Origin: Ylistrum balloti
Taxonomy: Eukaryota
Direction of reading: 5' to 3'
DNA: 64,000 nucleotides
Assembly (NCBI RefSeq): GCF_031769215.1
Contig: NW_026782147.1
Coordinates: 372,001-436,000, forward strand
The notes beneath the pieces are model-generated. The model was given only the letters and a program-made list of their open reading frames with translations. It did not search any database and was not told the origin of the DNA. Shown here one piece after another: positions 26,940-40,360 of the stretch. How positions within the stretch are numbered: the stretch's first letter is position 1; each line of letters opens with the position of its first letter. Both the position numbers and the translations under genes were made by a program.

Positions 26940-28201
26940 ATTCATTGATTTATTAACCATTAATGAAAATTACGTTTCGTTTTGAAGCCTTAATATTTTG
27001 ATAATAACTTTCATTTATAATATAATGTGCATATATTCATAAAAGCCGTCTTTAATGTGCTTAAAAAATCGTCCGTGTTTGTCGACAAGGATCGAACTCG
27101 TGTTTCCAGTGTGATAAAGAAAAAAACATCCTATCCGACAGATAAGTGAAAGATCTCTTCAAGCCATGCCAACCCACCATTTGCACACTTGAGAAATCAG
27201 TGGCTGTGTAATGATTTAACATCTGAACTAGCATTGTAATTAAATGGTGTTACACACAGGTGATATATTGTCACTGCCTTCAGAAGTCAACATCCTGAAG
27301 TTTTATTAATGAAACTAAATCACACATTATGAGTGAAAACCAAGATATACAATTAATCAATTTTCTCCTGTGTTAATCCGCTAATCGCTACTCACTCGTG
27401 ACAAATTAGAATACATTCTTTTCGTGAAGCTAAATACCATCATGGTTTTTTTTATGTGAAAATCTGTTACTGATGATAAATTTGACCATCCTGCAGGTAA
27501 AGTGGATTACGATAACTAAAACTTTGAATTCCTATGAAACACTTACAGCCAATCATTGCCCTGAGTCTCGTTCAAATGACTTACATTCTCGCCAAATATC
27601 TCCTGAAATATTTCGCACAAATTAAAGAAATAGAGAGAACCTTTCTTTGATTTTTTTAATCAATCCTCAATCCATCAGTGAAACCTCCAAAACTATTGCC
27701 CTCTAGTTCCAAATCCGATTATTTAGCACAGTTAAATCGTCGTTGTCACATCGGATATAATGTCATTTTGATTTCTTTTTCAAAAAAATCCTGATCAACA
27801 CAATAATCCAAGTCAAAGTGTAAAACATCGAAATGTCAAATAGAACGAGCGACATGGATATTTATCTGTCAACTAAATTGTATTCATATCGACTGTATAC
27901 TGCCACTTGGTAACAGTACAGTACTTATATTTACATTCATAAAGATTTTCATTTTAATGTAGCTAATGACGCTTTTAAATTTGAAGTTTACTATATCATA
28001 ATACCGGAACAGCCATAATTTTCTAGAGGGAATGATATTGTACCTCATGTCGTCATACACAAAATACATATAAACTAGTTTTTGCATAAATTGAATGTTT
28101 TTAGACAAAAAGTGTGGTAATTGGTCAAATTATATCAAATGCTTCAATAAAAACTATATTGTTATTCATACGAAATTCGCGCATTGTTATAAATTCTTTA
28201 G

Positions 28202-28246
28202 ACGTAACGCGGCTCCTTGGAAACGCTTTGATGGCTAGACATGACA
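28202..28246 (+). CDS. Candidate 45-nt exon (VTRLLGNALMARHD), unidentified gene
   Basis: Acceptor ttctttag, donor A|GTAAGT; only the phase-1 frame is open. Confidence 0.25.
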
Positions 28247-29641
28247 GTAAGTGCTGAAAACATGACGATATTTTCCTCTCCGTTATCTATTTTTGAAAAA
28301 AATTCATACACCCAAAATATGTTACATAATGGCAAAGAACCTCGGGGCTGATGCCATAGATGTACTGGTAGAGAATGTGATCTGTGAGCCATTGGTATTT
28401 CGAAGAAGTGGTGGATCATGAGTGACGATTTGACCGGCAGTGGTGAGGTTTACATTCCGTTTATCGATAGTTTCCTCACTATGGAGTGAAACAGCGGGTT
28501 AAGCTGTACACAAAGATTTTTGCTGACAAGAAGAAACATTTCTCAAGTACGACCATAATGAAGATAATTTTTTGTGGGAGGACATAAACATTATATGCCG
28601 TGCATCTAGACCCTGATCATTGCGAAGTTATATGGCTGTTGCTCAAAGGCAGTGAGGCGTGTACTTTTTGTCTACACCGGCTGATTTACATTTAAGCATT
28701 GAACTGTAACCAAATGATAGTATACAATTGATATGAATTCACTTTTGAATCTAAAATGAAATTGAATAGTATGTATGCAAGCTCTGTTTATTTATTGCTA
28801 CTGGAGGCCATATTTGTTTACATTGGAGACACTATCCGCTGTATTCATACACTGACGTCATCACTGTAAATTGAAGTAAACAGTCACGTATACTACAATT
28901 TGGTGTACTTACGACATATATACAAATGCAACACAGAATGTAAAAATGTAGAAATAACGGATGTATTCTTGAAGTGACATATTAAGTAACATAATCTAGC
29001 ATATCGATGACAACAGTGTGACGTCATGATGGGTAAAATACATCAACTCATCTCTGACGTTACATAATTGTTGTCATGCTGCTCACTGGCCAAGGAGGTG
29101 GAGATAAGTATCTCCCCTAATCAGTTTTATTGTTAAATATTAAATTACCACAATGGATATCAAGTTATTCTTGATATCCGTTGTAAATGTCCTGAGCCAT
29201 GATATGTTGAAAGAATTTTTTATTTCTTCTCTTCATGACCAGAGAAAATGAGAAAATATGATCAGCGCGAGCCGATTTGATATGTGTAAGTATTAGTTAA
29301 AAATGTTATTGTCATAGAAGTTAAAAGACTGAACATCACATCAATGCTTTCACGAATAATGTGAAATTTATTATTTATTATAGAGAAATGGAAATTGAGT
29401 GTTCTGCAACCTCCTGTGCGTGCTTCACGTCGGCTTCTGTGATATATGCCTCTAATTGGAAACATCGCCAAAGGGAGATGGTCAGTGATGGTTTCCAAGT
29501 TCAAGAAATAGATAAATAGTATGTATTATAAATCAATTGACATTATCTTTTCCTGTGTCTTTTTGATGATTATCTGCTCTTTGAAATATTTCGCATTTTT
29601 TCTTTTTTTTCGATTGCTCGCATTAACCTCTTGATCACAAG

Positions 29642-29820
29642 CAAATGACCTGTCGTCACTGCTGAACAGCTCTGTGTCAGGTCTAAAGAAGATCCTAATG
29701 GAAACCTTAGAATATCGTAAGAACATTTCCAATTTCGTAGAGCGCTCAAAGTCCATGATACGTTTCGGACTAGAGTTGACAGCGACACTGACCAAAGATC
29801 TTCCACAGAATGATCTGTAA
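29642..29820 (+). CDS. Candidate terminal coding exon (NDLSSLLNSSVSGLKKILMETLEYRKNISNFVERSKSMIRFGLELTATLTKDLPQNDL*); competes with minus-strand ORF 29526-29942
   Basis: Long T-rich tract then AG at 29640-29641; phase 1, compatible with 28202-28246; helical-looking peptide. Strand unresolved. Confidence 0.25.
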
Positions 29821-29924
29821 CGAGTATGTTCGGCTATCATTTTGAGGCGAAGCATATGGCATTTTCCCCACTTTGCATCCAGTGCCAGATCAACTACCGG
29901 TACATCGCTCCTCGCTAGGTATGT

Positions 29925-30150
29925 ATAAATCATGTCCCTCACCGTCTCACCGTTACTTTGTCTCTCAAGGTAGATATGTCCAGTTCGAACTAAGTAAGTA
30001 GGCCTTCCCTCGCTAGATACAACCCCTTGTAATTGGTACTTTGTTTCTCATCAGCTATATTTCTCCACTATGATGTTACCCCGTCCCTCGCCATATAAGT
30101 ACTTTGTCTCGCAAGTTAGATATGTACTGCCCCACTATGTTACCCCGACA
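29925..30150. repeat. Degenerate local tandem repeat (ccctcgc / gtactttgtctc / tgttacccc words)
   Basis: Each word recurs 2-3 times. Confidence 0.55.
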
Positions 30151-31294
30151 TCAATCATGCGAGAAATAAAATAAAAAATAAAGATAAATAAAATCTGTCG
30201 TGTTTTAGTTGTTTTTTGATAATTTAATCTCGAATTTTGTTATGTATCAGCTGACTGGAACATAACAAAAGAAATTAATTACTAAAATTGAATGTTGCGT
30301 GGAAGTTTTGGAAACCCTACATCAATAAAGAACACAACATGGTTATCAATTTATCATGTATATGATATATAGCATTAATAATTGTTATAGAATAATGAAT
30401 TTTCCCCATGTTTTCTGATTAGTGAAAACCATGGTTATTGAATCACTCAAAATACTTTAATAGAATTAATTTTTAAACCAAAAATTTATCCTTTGCATTA
30501 CAAAATCATCTATCTAAAGAGTACAATACCAATTTAGAATGGCTATACAACATGAGCACGTGTTGACCGTAAGAAAATGGTTTCTCTAAAGCTTTTTTTT
30601 TTTTTTGTTGTTGTTGTTGTGTAGACAGATTCGAGAGTTTCCTCATAATAACATTAAACCTTCACATGTAGTTCAAACAAATAATCCCGGAAAACATGAA
30701 GCCACACATTGGCCACATCAATATCATTGTACATATTATAGTCAGGATTTTTTTATGTATTTCAATTAATCCTTAACAATGGATAAATTTAATACACAAT
30801 AATAACAATGTGTATATTACTACCATAGAACTTTGACATGGAAGAATGAAGCTAGGTCGTACAGTTCAATATTGCGTATCGCCAGCAAAGGAGACAATAA
30901 CAGATTCAGTAACTCTTTGTAGTGTATTGGCACCAAAGCGAACAATAAACTCATAACTTCCCTGTAGTGTCTCGCTGATATTTCGAATGGTTCTGACTAT
31001 CTGTCCTCGTTTTCTTTTTGTCTTGGTCGAAGGCAATAGTCAGACTTCTCTGTATGAAAATGCCAAATTCCCGCGACTCCAGCAAGGGTGGCAATGTTTC
31101 ATATAGTTTACAACAGCACGATAGTTATAAATCATACCTAATGGAAAGATAAATCTTTTAACTACTAACTTGCATACGTGTCAAAGTAATTAAATGCTGT
31201 AAACCAATTATTTCCCCTCATTTGGCCAAACAACTTTACTTTCCAGCATATTTACAATTGCCACCATCATGCGGGATCTCTTGGTACGTTTACA

Positions 31295-31620
31295 GACATA
31301 TCTTTCATGTTCATAGACACCCCTATATTGTAGTGTCGCCACAAAGGACTGTAACGGGGACTATTGTCATCAAAGGGGACAGTGCCGATGACAAGGAATC
31401 CTGTATGGAGTATCGCTTGATCAGATGAATGAAACAGAGTCATGGATTCCTCTACAGTGTATTACCATCACAAGGGATAGCCATAGAGATATTGACGCCC
31501 CGTCATCTGTAATGCCACCACAGGGGACTGTAAATAGAGCCATCGTCTCCTCCACTACAGAGGTCCATGATCTACCCTATGGCGTATCGCAATCACAGGG
31601 GACTGTTACTAGTTCGTTGA
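31295..31620. repeat. Degenerate tandem repeat (ccct.t.gtgtcgcc..cacaggggactgt)
   Basis: Recurrent ggggactgt / aggggac / cacaaggg words. It explains ORFs 31222-31428 and 31425-31676. Confidence 0.6.
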
Positions 31621-34600
31621 CTTATGATTTATGTTCACCACGGAGGAACGAAGCCATATCATATCGAATGAGGTAAAATAAAGAAGCTTCAAAAAGCATT
31701 TCGGAAACAAGAAAACACTCGCACTCAAACATATAGTACACATGGTGGTCATTCGAGGAAAATCGTTTGACATCATTTAGCTTTAAAACAAGTGATACAA
31801 TCCCACTATTAATATAGAAAAAATATTTCATATGTATTGCAAAACATTGGAAGTATCTACAAAATAGTGAGTCACAGGAACATGATGTTTGTGATATGGT
31901 CCGAGATGTAGTGAGAGAGGTGAAGGAAACCGTAGTTATAGAAAGTATTTTCTGCCTTTGTTGTGGGGTACTCCTAACACTTTGGAGACATTTGCCTGTC
32001 TCCACATTTACGGCCCCTAAATCGCATTGAAATTACACTAAATGTTAATAAGTACTGTGTTTAAATATCCAGAAACCAGTGACCAGAAAATCCTCACTTT
32101 CAGGTAACTACCGAATATCGTTTGTCATATTATATTGATAGTCCATTTCATTTTTATTAGACATTGATTTGATGTCCTCACGCCCAAAGAGATACCAATT
32201 TAAAATTGATTAAATTTATTCAGTATATAGGGATCAAGGGATAATACTTGCTATCAAAGTACTATATATATATGTATTTATGACATCATAATGTCGTTAC
32301 CAAGACATTATGATAAATATATCGCCTGAAGAATGCCGTTAGGCCTGAAAACGTTAGCGGAATACATTTGTCTTGTTGATTTTATTATCTTCAAATTTTT
32401 TTTATCGATACACAAAACGTTTTTAAGTTACATCATCATATATATACAAACACACACGAGTCCCAACAGCATTACATGATATGTACAAACAGTAACCATA
32501 TTCTCTCTCAGCACATAAAATCCACATACTCGATCCAACGGTAGCAGCTGGTGATGTACAAGACGGATACCATTTATGTCATGCAGGAGCACAAAGTTGC
32601 TGTAAAGCAGATACGGTATCAGGAAAAATAAAATTCTGTCACTCTGTTTCCATCTGAATGGTTTTTGTGCTTCCGAATCGTCGCTGTTTACTTCACTCTT
32701 TTATGATATCTTGTTTGTGGCATCGGCGTTATCCGTAGAAATTGTCGATTCTGTCACTTTTGCTAGATCACATCACCAAATTTACATTCATACTCAAACT
32801 AGTGTAAAGATTTTGATACCTGTCATTACGAAATTGGAAGTTCTATAAAAATTGCATCAACTTCCTTTTTTCGTTGTTTTATGCGTGTGTCAATGGCTTC
32901 ATGTTAATGTTTTTAACAATGTATATATCTTCGAAGAAGATTAATTTGATGCGGGTGATCCAATTTCTCCCAATGCACTTTTTCATGGCACTAACCAGCT
33001 CTAGGAAAGTTTTTTTTTTCTTCTCGAATACCGAAAAAGACATATATCATGAAATATAAATTGATTGTAACAATACATTTCAGTGTGCACGGCTACCAAA
33101 CGGTAAACATTCAGATAATGAAACAATCGTGTCACGAAATTATTTTAAAACCTTTCGACGGGTATGTGTACAACTTGAGGGATGTGACAATATATTTCAA
33201 CACTTGCCCGCTTACAAACGTCAATTGCGTTGGATATTCGAGCAGGATGATCTATACCTGCTTGTCGTATACAGAAGATTTATATTTTTAATTCATTATT
33301 ACACTTCCTGTCGCTTCTTGGAACCGTTTCATTTTTATTGTGTAATTTTTATTAATCTTTCGTGAGCGTTTTATTTCTAAAATTGAATTGAAAGTTATAA
33401 TTCATTTGTGTATACATTTTTGTACAACCATTTATCTTTGTTGAGTTCTTGGTATAATAAAACCACTGGAAGGGAAACACTTTAATTGATTTTCAAAACC
33501 GGAGTGTTTTTAAACACATTGCAACCTATTTAGCAATCTTTTGTCCGTCGCACCTTTTCCTTATTTCTTGTTTATCATAACATGAAAATATTCTGAAAAC
33601 AAGGAAAAAAGAGAGTACACATAAATAAATAACTGTAAAACCCAATTTGTCACGTTAGTGAAAATAGCTTTCTTTTGATTTGAGTAAATGATGGGAGAAT
33701 TGTACGGCGTTTATTTTCACCACATTGGTTGACTTGTAAGCATGCTGCTTGAAACGGAAATAAGGATTCTGTAGATAAATGACTCTTCATGTAATTAAAT
33801 TATTAAGGGATTGAATTCATTGACCAAAAAATCTCAAAATTACATCGCGAAAATGGGATAAGAAATATCTTACCATAGGAAGGCCGTAATGGCTGTATAA
33901 TGCAGTTTCATGCCTTGTTTGGCGCTCTAATCATCTATTTGTATGAAAAGGTGCTGTTTGCTTTATGTTTTGTCTTTTGTACAATGTTTGGAATTGCAGT
34001 TGGTAGATACCAATGATGGACATGTAGACACAATTCATTCACACATGTACTAGACGCTTTTCTAAAATCATCAGAATTTTAAAATTACCAAAATTGTTGA
34101 ATTATTGGGCTATTGCACCTCCCAATCCAGAATGTCTTCACAATTTATGCCTTTGGTATCAATGACGAGTTCAAGAAGGACGAAACAGTTTTATGATGCA
34201 GTTTGATTCAAATGTATCTACCTCTAAATATATATGTTTCAAAATGTGCTTTTCACGTGTGTTATGTATCTTTACCAAATAGCCTGGTGATCGGGTGAAG
34301 AGTTTATACCAGTATTTGGAATATGGCTTAATAATTGAAAGAAATTGCAAATTAAGCATGCTTGCGTTGAACTAGTATCGGGAGTAATTTGAAATATGGC
34401 TTTTACGAAAACGCTTGAACACACTTTCCTCTCAGCGGTGTTCTGCACTGGTGGAATATTACCTCGCATTATGTTTAACTAAATGTATTTCTTTTCTATT
34501 ACTGTCGTTGTTTCCTGTTTTTTCTACATTTGTTAAACAAACACGTCAGCTCTGTCACCTATTTTCGATTTTTTTTTACACTTTAAACATGACAAAAGAG

Positions 34601-35039
34601 CCAAATCACGACTTGTTGACGTGTTACACTACGGTAAAAAATTCACAAAAGGAAGAGAATGAAATATCAAAATAAGAGATATCTCTCAAAAGTCATGTAT
34701 CATGCAACGAACATGATCTTTTTCGATGTCGTTTTTGGAAAAATTCGCGCTAGAAATGAGCTATATTAATTGTTTCTGCGTTTAATCAGGAAAGTCTGTT
34801 CCAGCTGTTCATAATAGATGGGAAATGAACAAAGTTGATTAGAACGTGCTTACAATTCTTTGTAGATTTTTTTTGAAAACTACTTTTTTTTAGAAATAAC
34901 TAATTTTTTTCCCGTTCTTATCCACTATCATGGTATCAATACCATAATTAGTCTCAAGGGTTGAAAAGTACACTTCCTTAAATTTTTCAAGTGCACTCTA
35001 TGGCTCTAGAGTTAGACTCTTGAAACAAGAAACGACGCT

Positions 35040-35105
35040 TATAAACGATTTTGCCCATGAATGCCTTGATTGTATAAACGATTTTGCCCATGAATGCCTT
35101 GATTG
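35040..35105. repeat. Exact 33-bp tandem duplication (TATAAACGATTTTGCCCATGAATGCCTTGATTG x2)
   Basis: Directly visible. Confidence 0.95.
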
Positions 35106-36189
35106 AAATCTTATTCTGTTTTCGTGATGTATCAATTTTACACTTCCTTGTCTTTTCTGGGAACCGTTGTATTTCTATTAATTTTCGCCAACGTTTTCTT
35201 ACTAAAACTGATTTGGATAGTCATATACTCTTGTACGATCATATATCTTTGTTGAGGAATTCCTATAGTAACAACACTTGAACGGGAAAACTTTAAAATG
35301 ATTTTAAAAACCGGATTTGCAGCTCATTCAATCATCTTCCTTTCCTCCGTTTCTTTAAACAAAAGGAAAAAGAGGACCGATTAAGTGATAAATTAAAAAA
35401 ACTGGGGTTTTGCTTTTTTTTTAAATTTCATTTTTTTTCAAAATTGTAAAACTTCATAATCCCCGGATCTCACATCTACACTGAGGTGGGTTCGGGAAGG
35501 GATTAACTTGGCGCAGTTTATTGAGAATATCTCATTTGTGTAAATCGTTTTCTTTTTATTAGAGTAAATGATGGGTGAATGCATGTCGTGATTGTACTAT
35601 CACACTGAAATCTCGTATATTTGGATTTCCAAAAAAATAATAATAGTGATCAAGAAATAAAAAACACTACATAATGTTCTTAAACTAATTTTATCGGTTC
35701 GCGGACTCGTGCATTGAAAGCCTCTGCGAAATCAAGGAAATACATGCCCAAGAAAACAGGTGATTTCATAGAATAATGAAAAAACGCAAATGCTATTTTT
35801 GAGATGTTGATTTTTCCTTTTTTTAGGGTAGAATTTTGATTGCAAAACATAAATACACTGATTTCCGTGAACAATGCACCCAGCTAGTTTCAAGTATTTA
35901 GTAACACAACGAAAATTCTAACCATCAAAATGTTTACAGTAGCTTTTATTACGCAGCATGACTGCAACCCATCATGAAACTGGCATAAGGCTTTCCCCAT
36001 TGTGAATTTTGCATTTGTTGATAGCACACCATCCCTGCATCCTCAACCTAAGACGTTGACATGTTGCAGTTGATCGATATTTAAGGAACATGGTGTCGAC
36101 AACGAACACTGACAAATAATATCACAATATGAGGTTTCAAAAGATGCAGGTTAATAAAGATATCAGTAATCTCATTGGAAATATTTTAA

Positions 36190-36460
36190 TTCATCGTGTG
36201 GTATGAAGCTGGACGTGTTTAATGCTCGTGGTTTCTTCACCGTATGCATGTTCTCATTTGGAAACGTGACATTACTTACCTTTATATCCAAGCTTCACAT
36301 GGCGGATGTCGTCGATGGAAGACAGCTTACCTTGCTACATCTTTTTCAGGGTGTCCGTGCAAATTGTTCGTGTCTTCATATTGTGCCCTATTCATATTTT
36401 GATTGCAACATTCTTGCATCCCCAACCTATGGTGTTCACATGTTGCAGTTGATTTGATAT
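36190..36460 (+). mobile_element. Dispersed repeat family A, copy
   Basis: gctggacgtgttt..gttctcatttggaaacgtgacattactt..cacatggcgg, shared with the 40065 and 56080 copies. Confidence 0.65.
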
Positions 36461-36899
36461 ATTTTTTATTGTTGTTACACCAGGAAAATTTTGCCGATCT
36501 CAAAACTCGATATTCTATGAAAATTTCATACCAGAACAAACCAGATGTTAAGGCGTAATCCTATGGCTGAGGCAACATGACAAAGAGAAATCGTGTTTTA
36601 TCTGTATCTGTTGTACTTCAAACAGTGTAACGTCAAAGATAACAAGTAACTCAATGATGATACTAGTTGATATTTTTCACGACACACTAAATATGTAACT
36701 TAAGACTGCTATGTTATCGGCAACATCATTCGCCGACTCGATCATCTCCAATAGTATGAATTTCGACAACAGCTGTCTTTCGGAAAAACCATTACCGTAA
36801 TCGGTTTTGTAATTAGTTTCCATTCGGACTTCCGGTCAAGAGTTAAAACATGTTTAGTACACGATACCAGTGTAATTAAATATCATTTAAACATTTTTA

Positions 36900-37090
36900 C
36901 ATCTCAGGTATACACAGCGAGTGTCGTCGACGAAGCAAAAGACGCTCATCTTCCGAACATCTGGTCATATTCTGCATGTACTTCTCCAAGAGTCTCCGTG
37001 TACGTCTCTTTTTCATCGTTTTTAGCCATAGTTTTGTGGAATTTGATTTTGGATGATGTTGACATGTTGGAATTGTCTATATATTTTGCA
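36900..37090 (+). mobile_element. Dispersed repeat family A, partial copy
   Basis: cttccgaacatctggtcatattct..gtctccgtgta..gatgttgacatgt. Confidence 0.65.
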
Positions 37091-37884
37091 GCTTATGTGA
37101 TATACACAACTTAGAATATTTTTTACGTATCAATGTCACATATTTATAAATGAATAAAAGAAGTTCAATTTGTATATTTGACGGTATCTTTTCACATTAG
37201 AATGATGCATAACTACTTGAATATCCTCCGCTGATTTATTTTGACTGCATACCGGAAATGCCTTGGAAAAATAATATCGTGTAGTCACGAGGCTGGAGTG
37301 ACGATAAATTGAGTTTCATATGTCTCTCGAAAATCGGCTATTACAGCTGTGTGGAACGGACAACAGATTGTTTATGCACATTAATTGCTATTATGAATTT
37401 TCATGGTATCTGACTGATGAATCAGCAATCACAGGTTTGAAACTTAGCTTCGAGAAATATTCACTGAAATAAAATGTCATTGTATATCCAAATCGCGAAA
37501 TTCCAATAGTTAAAATTTAATTCGATCTCTTTAAAAACATGATCCGTGAAATTAACTGACTTCATGGTAATTACAAAGAGAGTTAAGTAAGTAAGTCAAT
37601 CAAGTCAGTCAAACTAGTGGTCTAAAGCGAGAAAATATTGAAGGCGGGAAATAATCAACACAGAGCAAAACTTGGAATAAGGATTGTCAAACTTTTTTCT
37701 CTGTTTGGTGACGTTTCGTCAAGCGATCCACCGAGGAAAAGGAAAGTATAAAGAAATTGTGAAGATATCAGTTTCTATTTAAGTCGTCGTCGCCTCTCAC
37801 GAGGGGGAATGCTTACATGTTATTGATGGAGTTGAATAGCTTTACATCCTCTTGATATACCCAGATCATTTATGGTCATAGCAG

Positions 37885-38045
37885 GTTTGGGTGGTTTAAG
37901 AAAGCCATAGTTTCTGAAGAAAAACCACTGACCTGCGGCCAGTACCTGACAACAGTCCAACGTAGGCCTCGAACCCGCGATCCAGAAATGGAAGGCTAGT
38001 GATAAAGACGTTCAGACGCCTTAACGACTCAACCATTGTGATCCC
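37885..38045 (-). mobile_element. tRNA-derived SINE, family 2
   Basis: tttgggtggtttaagaaagcc..gacctgcggccagtacctgacaac..cctcgaacc..acgccttaa, collinear with 5762-5932. Confidence 0.75.
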
Positions 38046-40064
38046 TACATATATACATTTTAAACAAGAAACCTACCGTTTCCATAAGTTCGCATTAGAA
38101 TTTTAAAGCATTCGATTTTAGTGTCATTTAGGCAAAATCTGATCAGCTTATTTACAAGAGGGTCTTGCACGAGTCATCTGTAATGAATATGATCAATGCA
38201 ATCATTTTTAGGTTCTCTGATTAACAGCAGTATTCATAACCTTTCCTCTCCTCATGAACGATTAATACAGAAGACAAATGAATGGTATTGACAAGGAAAA
38301 CATTTAGAAACAAAACGGTGGTCAGAGGAGAAAATAGGACAATTACGGACGTTACACGAATGAAACATGTTCTTGATAAATTGTTCAAATATAATGTCAG
38401 GACATTGTTTACACTCTTTAAGTAAGGCATTTTACCATGGCTTGATCATGAATCTACGTCCATTATTTAGGATCATTCCATTTAAACTTACCGTTGTCGA
38501 GGTTGGATTGGTGTTTTAACCATTACGTATTGTATAATATTGATGATTCAGAAACTGGAACTTTACTTGGTCACATACAACCACTTAGAAACTTGATTGT
38601 ATCAAATTATTAACGGCCTATCAACACTGAATACATAGCATTAAGACCAATAAATAGCTGATAAAATTTCAGTGGTAATCTCGTCAGAAAAACGTCAAGA
38701 CGCTCTCATTTGTAAAACTTGATCAATTCAATTAGTTATCTGTTCTCTGTTTGAATTTGATTGATATGCTCAGAAACTACTCCACCAGTGATTATTCTCT
38801 TTTGTTAACACTGACTTTTGTCTTAGACAGGATTGCCTACCGCAGTTTTTCTCCGCTTTGTTTCACTTTGAAAATACAATGGGTTCAGTTATTGCTGAGA
38901 AAATGTTATACCAAATCAGATGATCGAGCTGATATGACCTGTATTCATACTGGCAGACGCTTCAAACGAGATATCCCAGTATTTACCATTGTATGGCAGA
39001 CATTGCATCGATGTGACATTACCAGTCACTTGTGTATATCCAGCTCATGGACGTAAAAATACTGTAATATTAGTAAATGGAAATTGTCTTCCCTGTAAAT
39101 AAGATGAAAATCGAAAAAAGTAAAAACAATCATTGAACTGCTTTCAGTTGGCCTTCCTGCAACTCAATGAAGCGCATTAGCCCATGTCCATTAAAGCCAT
39201 TTCAAAGCAGCTCAATGCTTAAACAAATTCTATTTTAAGTCTTTATGATTTCTTTTATCAATGCATGTGGCCTTGTTAAATGCTTCGTCCCCAGTAACGC
39301 CTTTCCCAAACCCACAAGTATACAGAAACACCAGAGTAAAATACAAGCCATTAAAGCGAAAACAAAAGATAAAATCAGTACCCAAATAGTCATAGGATTC
39401 GCGTGACGTCAGATACAGGGATTGTTTAACGTGCATTGTCTCAGAAGTTTGGTAAATACTGGTGTTCCTTTTTTTGTGCGAATGATTTTTTCAATCATTT
39501 GACTGAAAATACTTTTTTTAAAAATTGAGTTATGAAACTTGTCACGGATTTTTCATTTTGGTTCAGCACAGGCTCGCGTAAATAATGAATAGGAAACTGT
39601 TGCATGATCCCGTGTATAATTGATACCTGCATTCTCGGTGCAACATGACATATTGATGTGTTATAGCATTCTATCCAGTAACCATTACCGAGAGGTCCAT
39701 CGCTCATAGCACTTTTTAAACAATATTGACTGAAGATCATATCTTTTGATTGTATTTTCTTTCATTTTGCCTCATATAAAAAGTTTGAAAACAACAAGAG
39801 GATAAGAATAGCTCTTCAACCAAACTCTTTTTGAAAATGGTGGTAAGGCTGAGGGCAGCAAGTAACAAAACCTAAAGTCTGTCAATAGGGATGCTCTAAT
39901 TTCACATCCTTTTTTGATAAAATAAGCACGACCAAGCGATTATCAGGATTTTCGTGCAAGAAGTTGTCAACTGACGGCCAGACTCGTTCCATAGGGATTA
40001 GAAAAATGCAGGTTTATGAAAATTATAGGGATCTCATTTAGAAATATTCTGTTTTCTAGTGCTA

Positions 40065-40360
40065 TATGAAGCTGAGCGTGTTTGCTCGTTAGTTTGCATG
40101 CTGGTTCCATTGTTTTATACATTGATCTCATTTCAGAACGTGACATCACTTACTTGGATTAACAGCATTAACTACTTGGATTGAGCAAGGGTTACATGGC
40201 GGGCATTGTCTATAAGCAGAAGATGCGTATTTTCCGGAAAACTTGGTCTTATTCTCCTTGTACTTTTCAGGCGTCTCCGTGTAAATCTTTCTGTCAGTTT
40301 TATCGAATTCGAGTTTGGACTATGATGTTGTTGACATGTGGGTATTTTCTTTTTATCTTT
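40065..40360 (+). mobile_element. Dispersed repeat family A, near full copy
   Basis: gctcgttagtttgc..gaacgtgacatcactt..ttccggaaaacttggtcttattctccttgtactttt..gagtttgga..gttgacatgt. Confidence 0.75.

Noticed and set aside
28318-28557. Plus frame with three TGA codons near Cys (PRG*CHRCTGRECDL*)
   Set aside because: No recognisable selenoprotein motif or SECIS; this is expected by chance in a short frame.
29820-29918. LCIQCQINYRYI resembles the carbohydrate sulfotransferase LCxPCxIxY motif
   Set aside because: The preceding HW is absent, the frame stops immediately, and no other family motif lies nearby.
31622-32005. 127-aa minus ORF
   Set aside because: No motif, mixed low-complexity composition and no convincing splice context; length is within chance expectation for 64 kb in six frames.
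389-38045. Functional tRNA genes at the A/B-box-containing sites
   Set aside because: No cloverleaf can be formed, and the boxes run into SINE core sequence.
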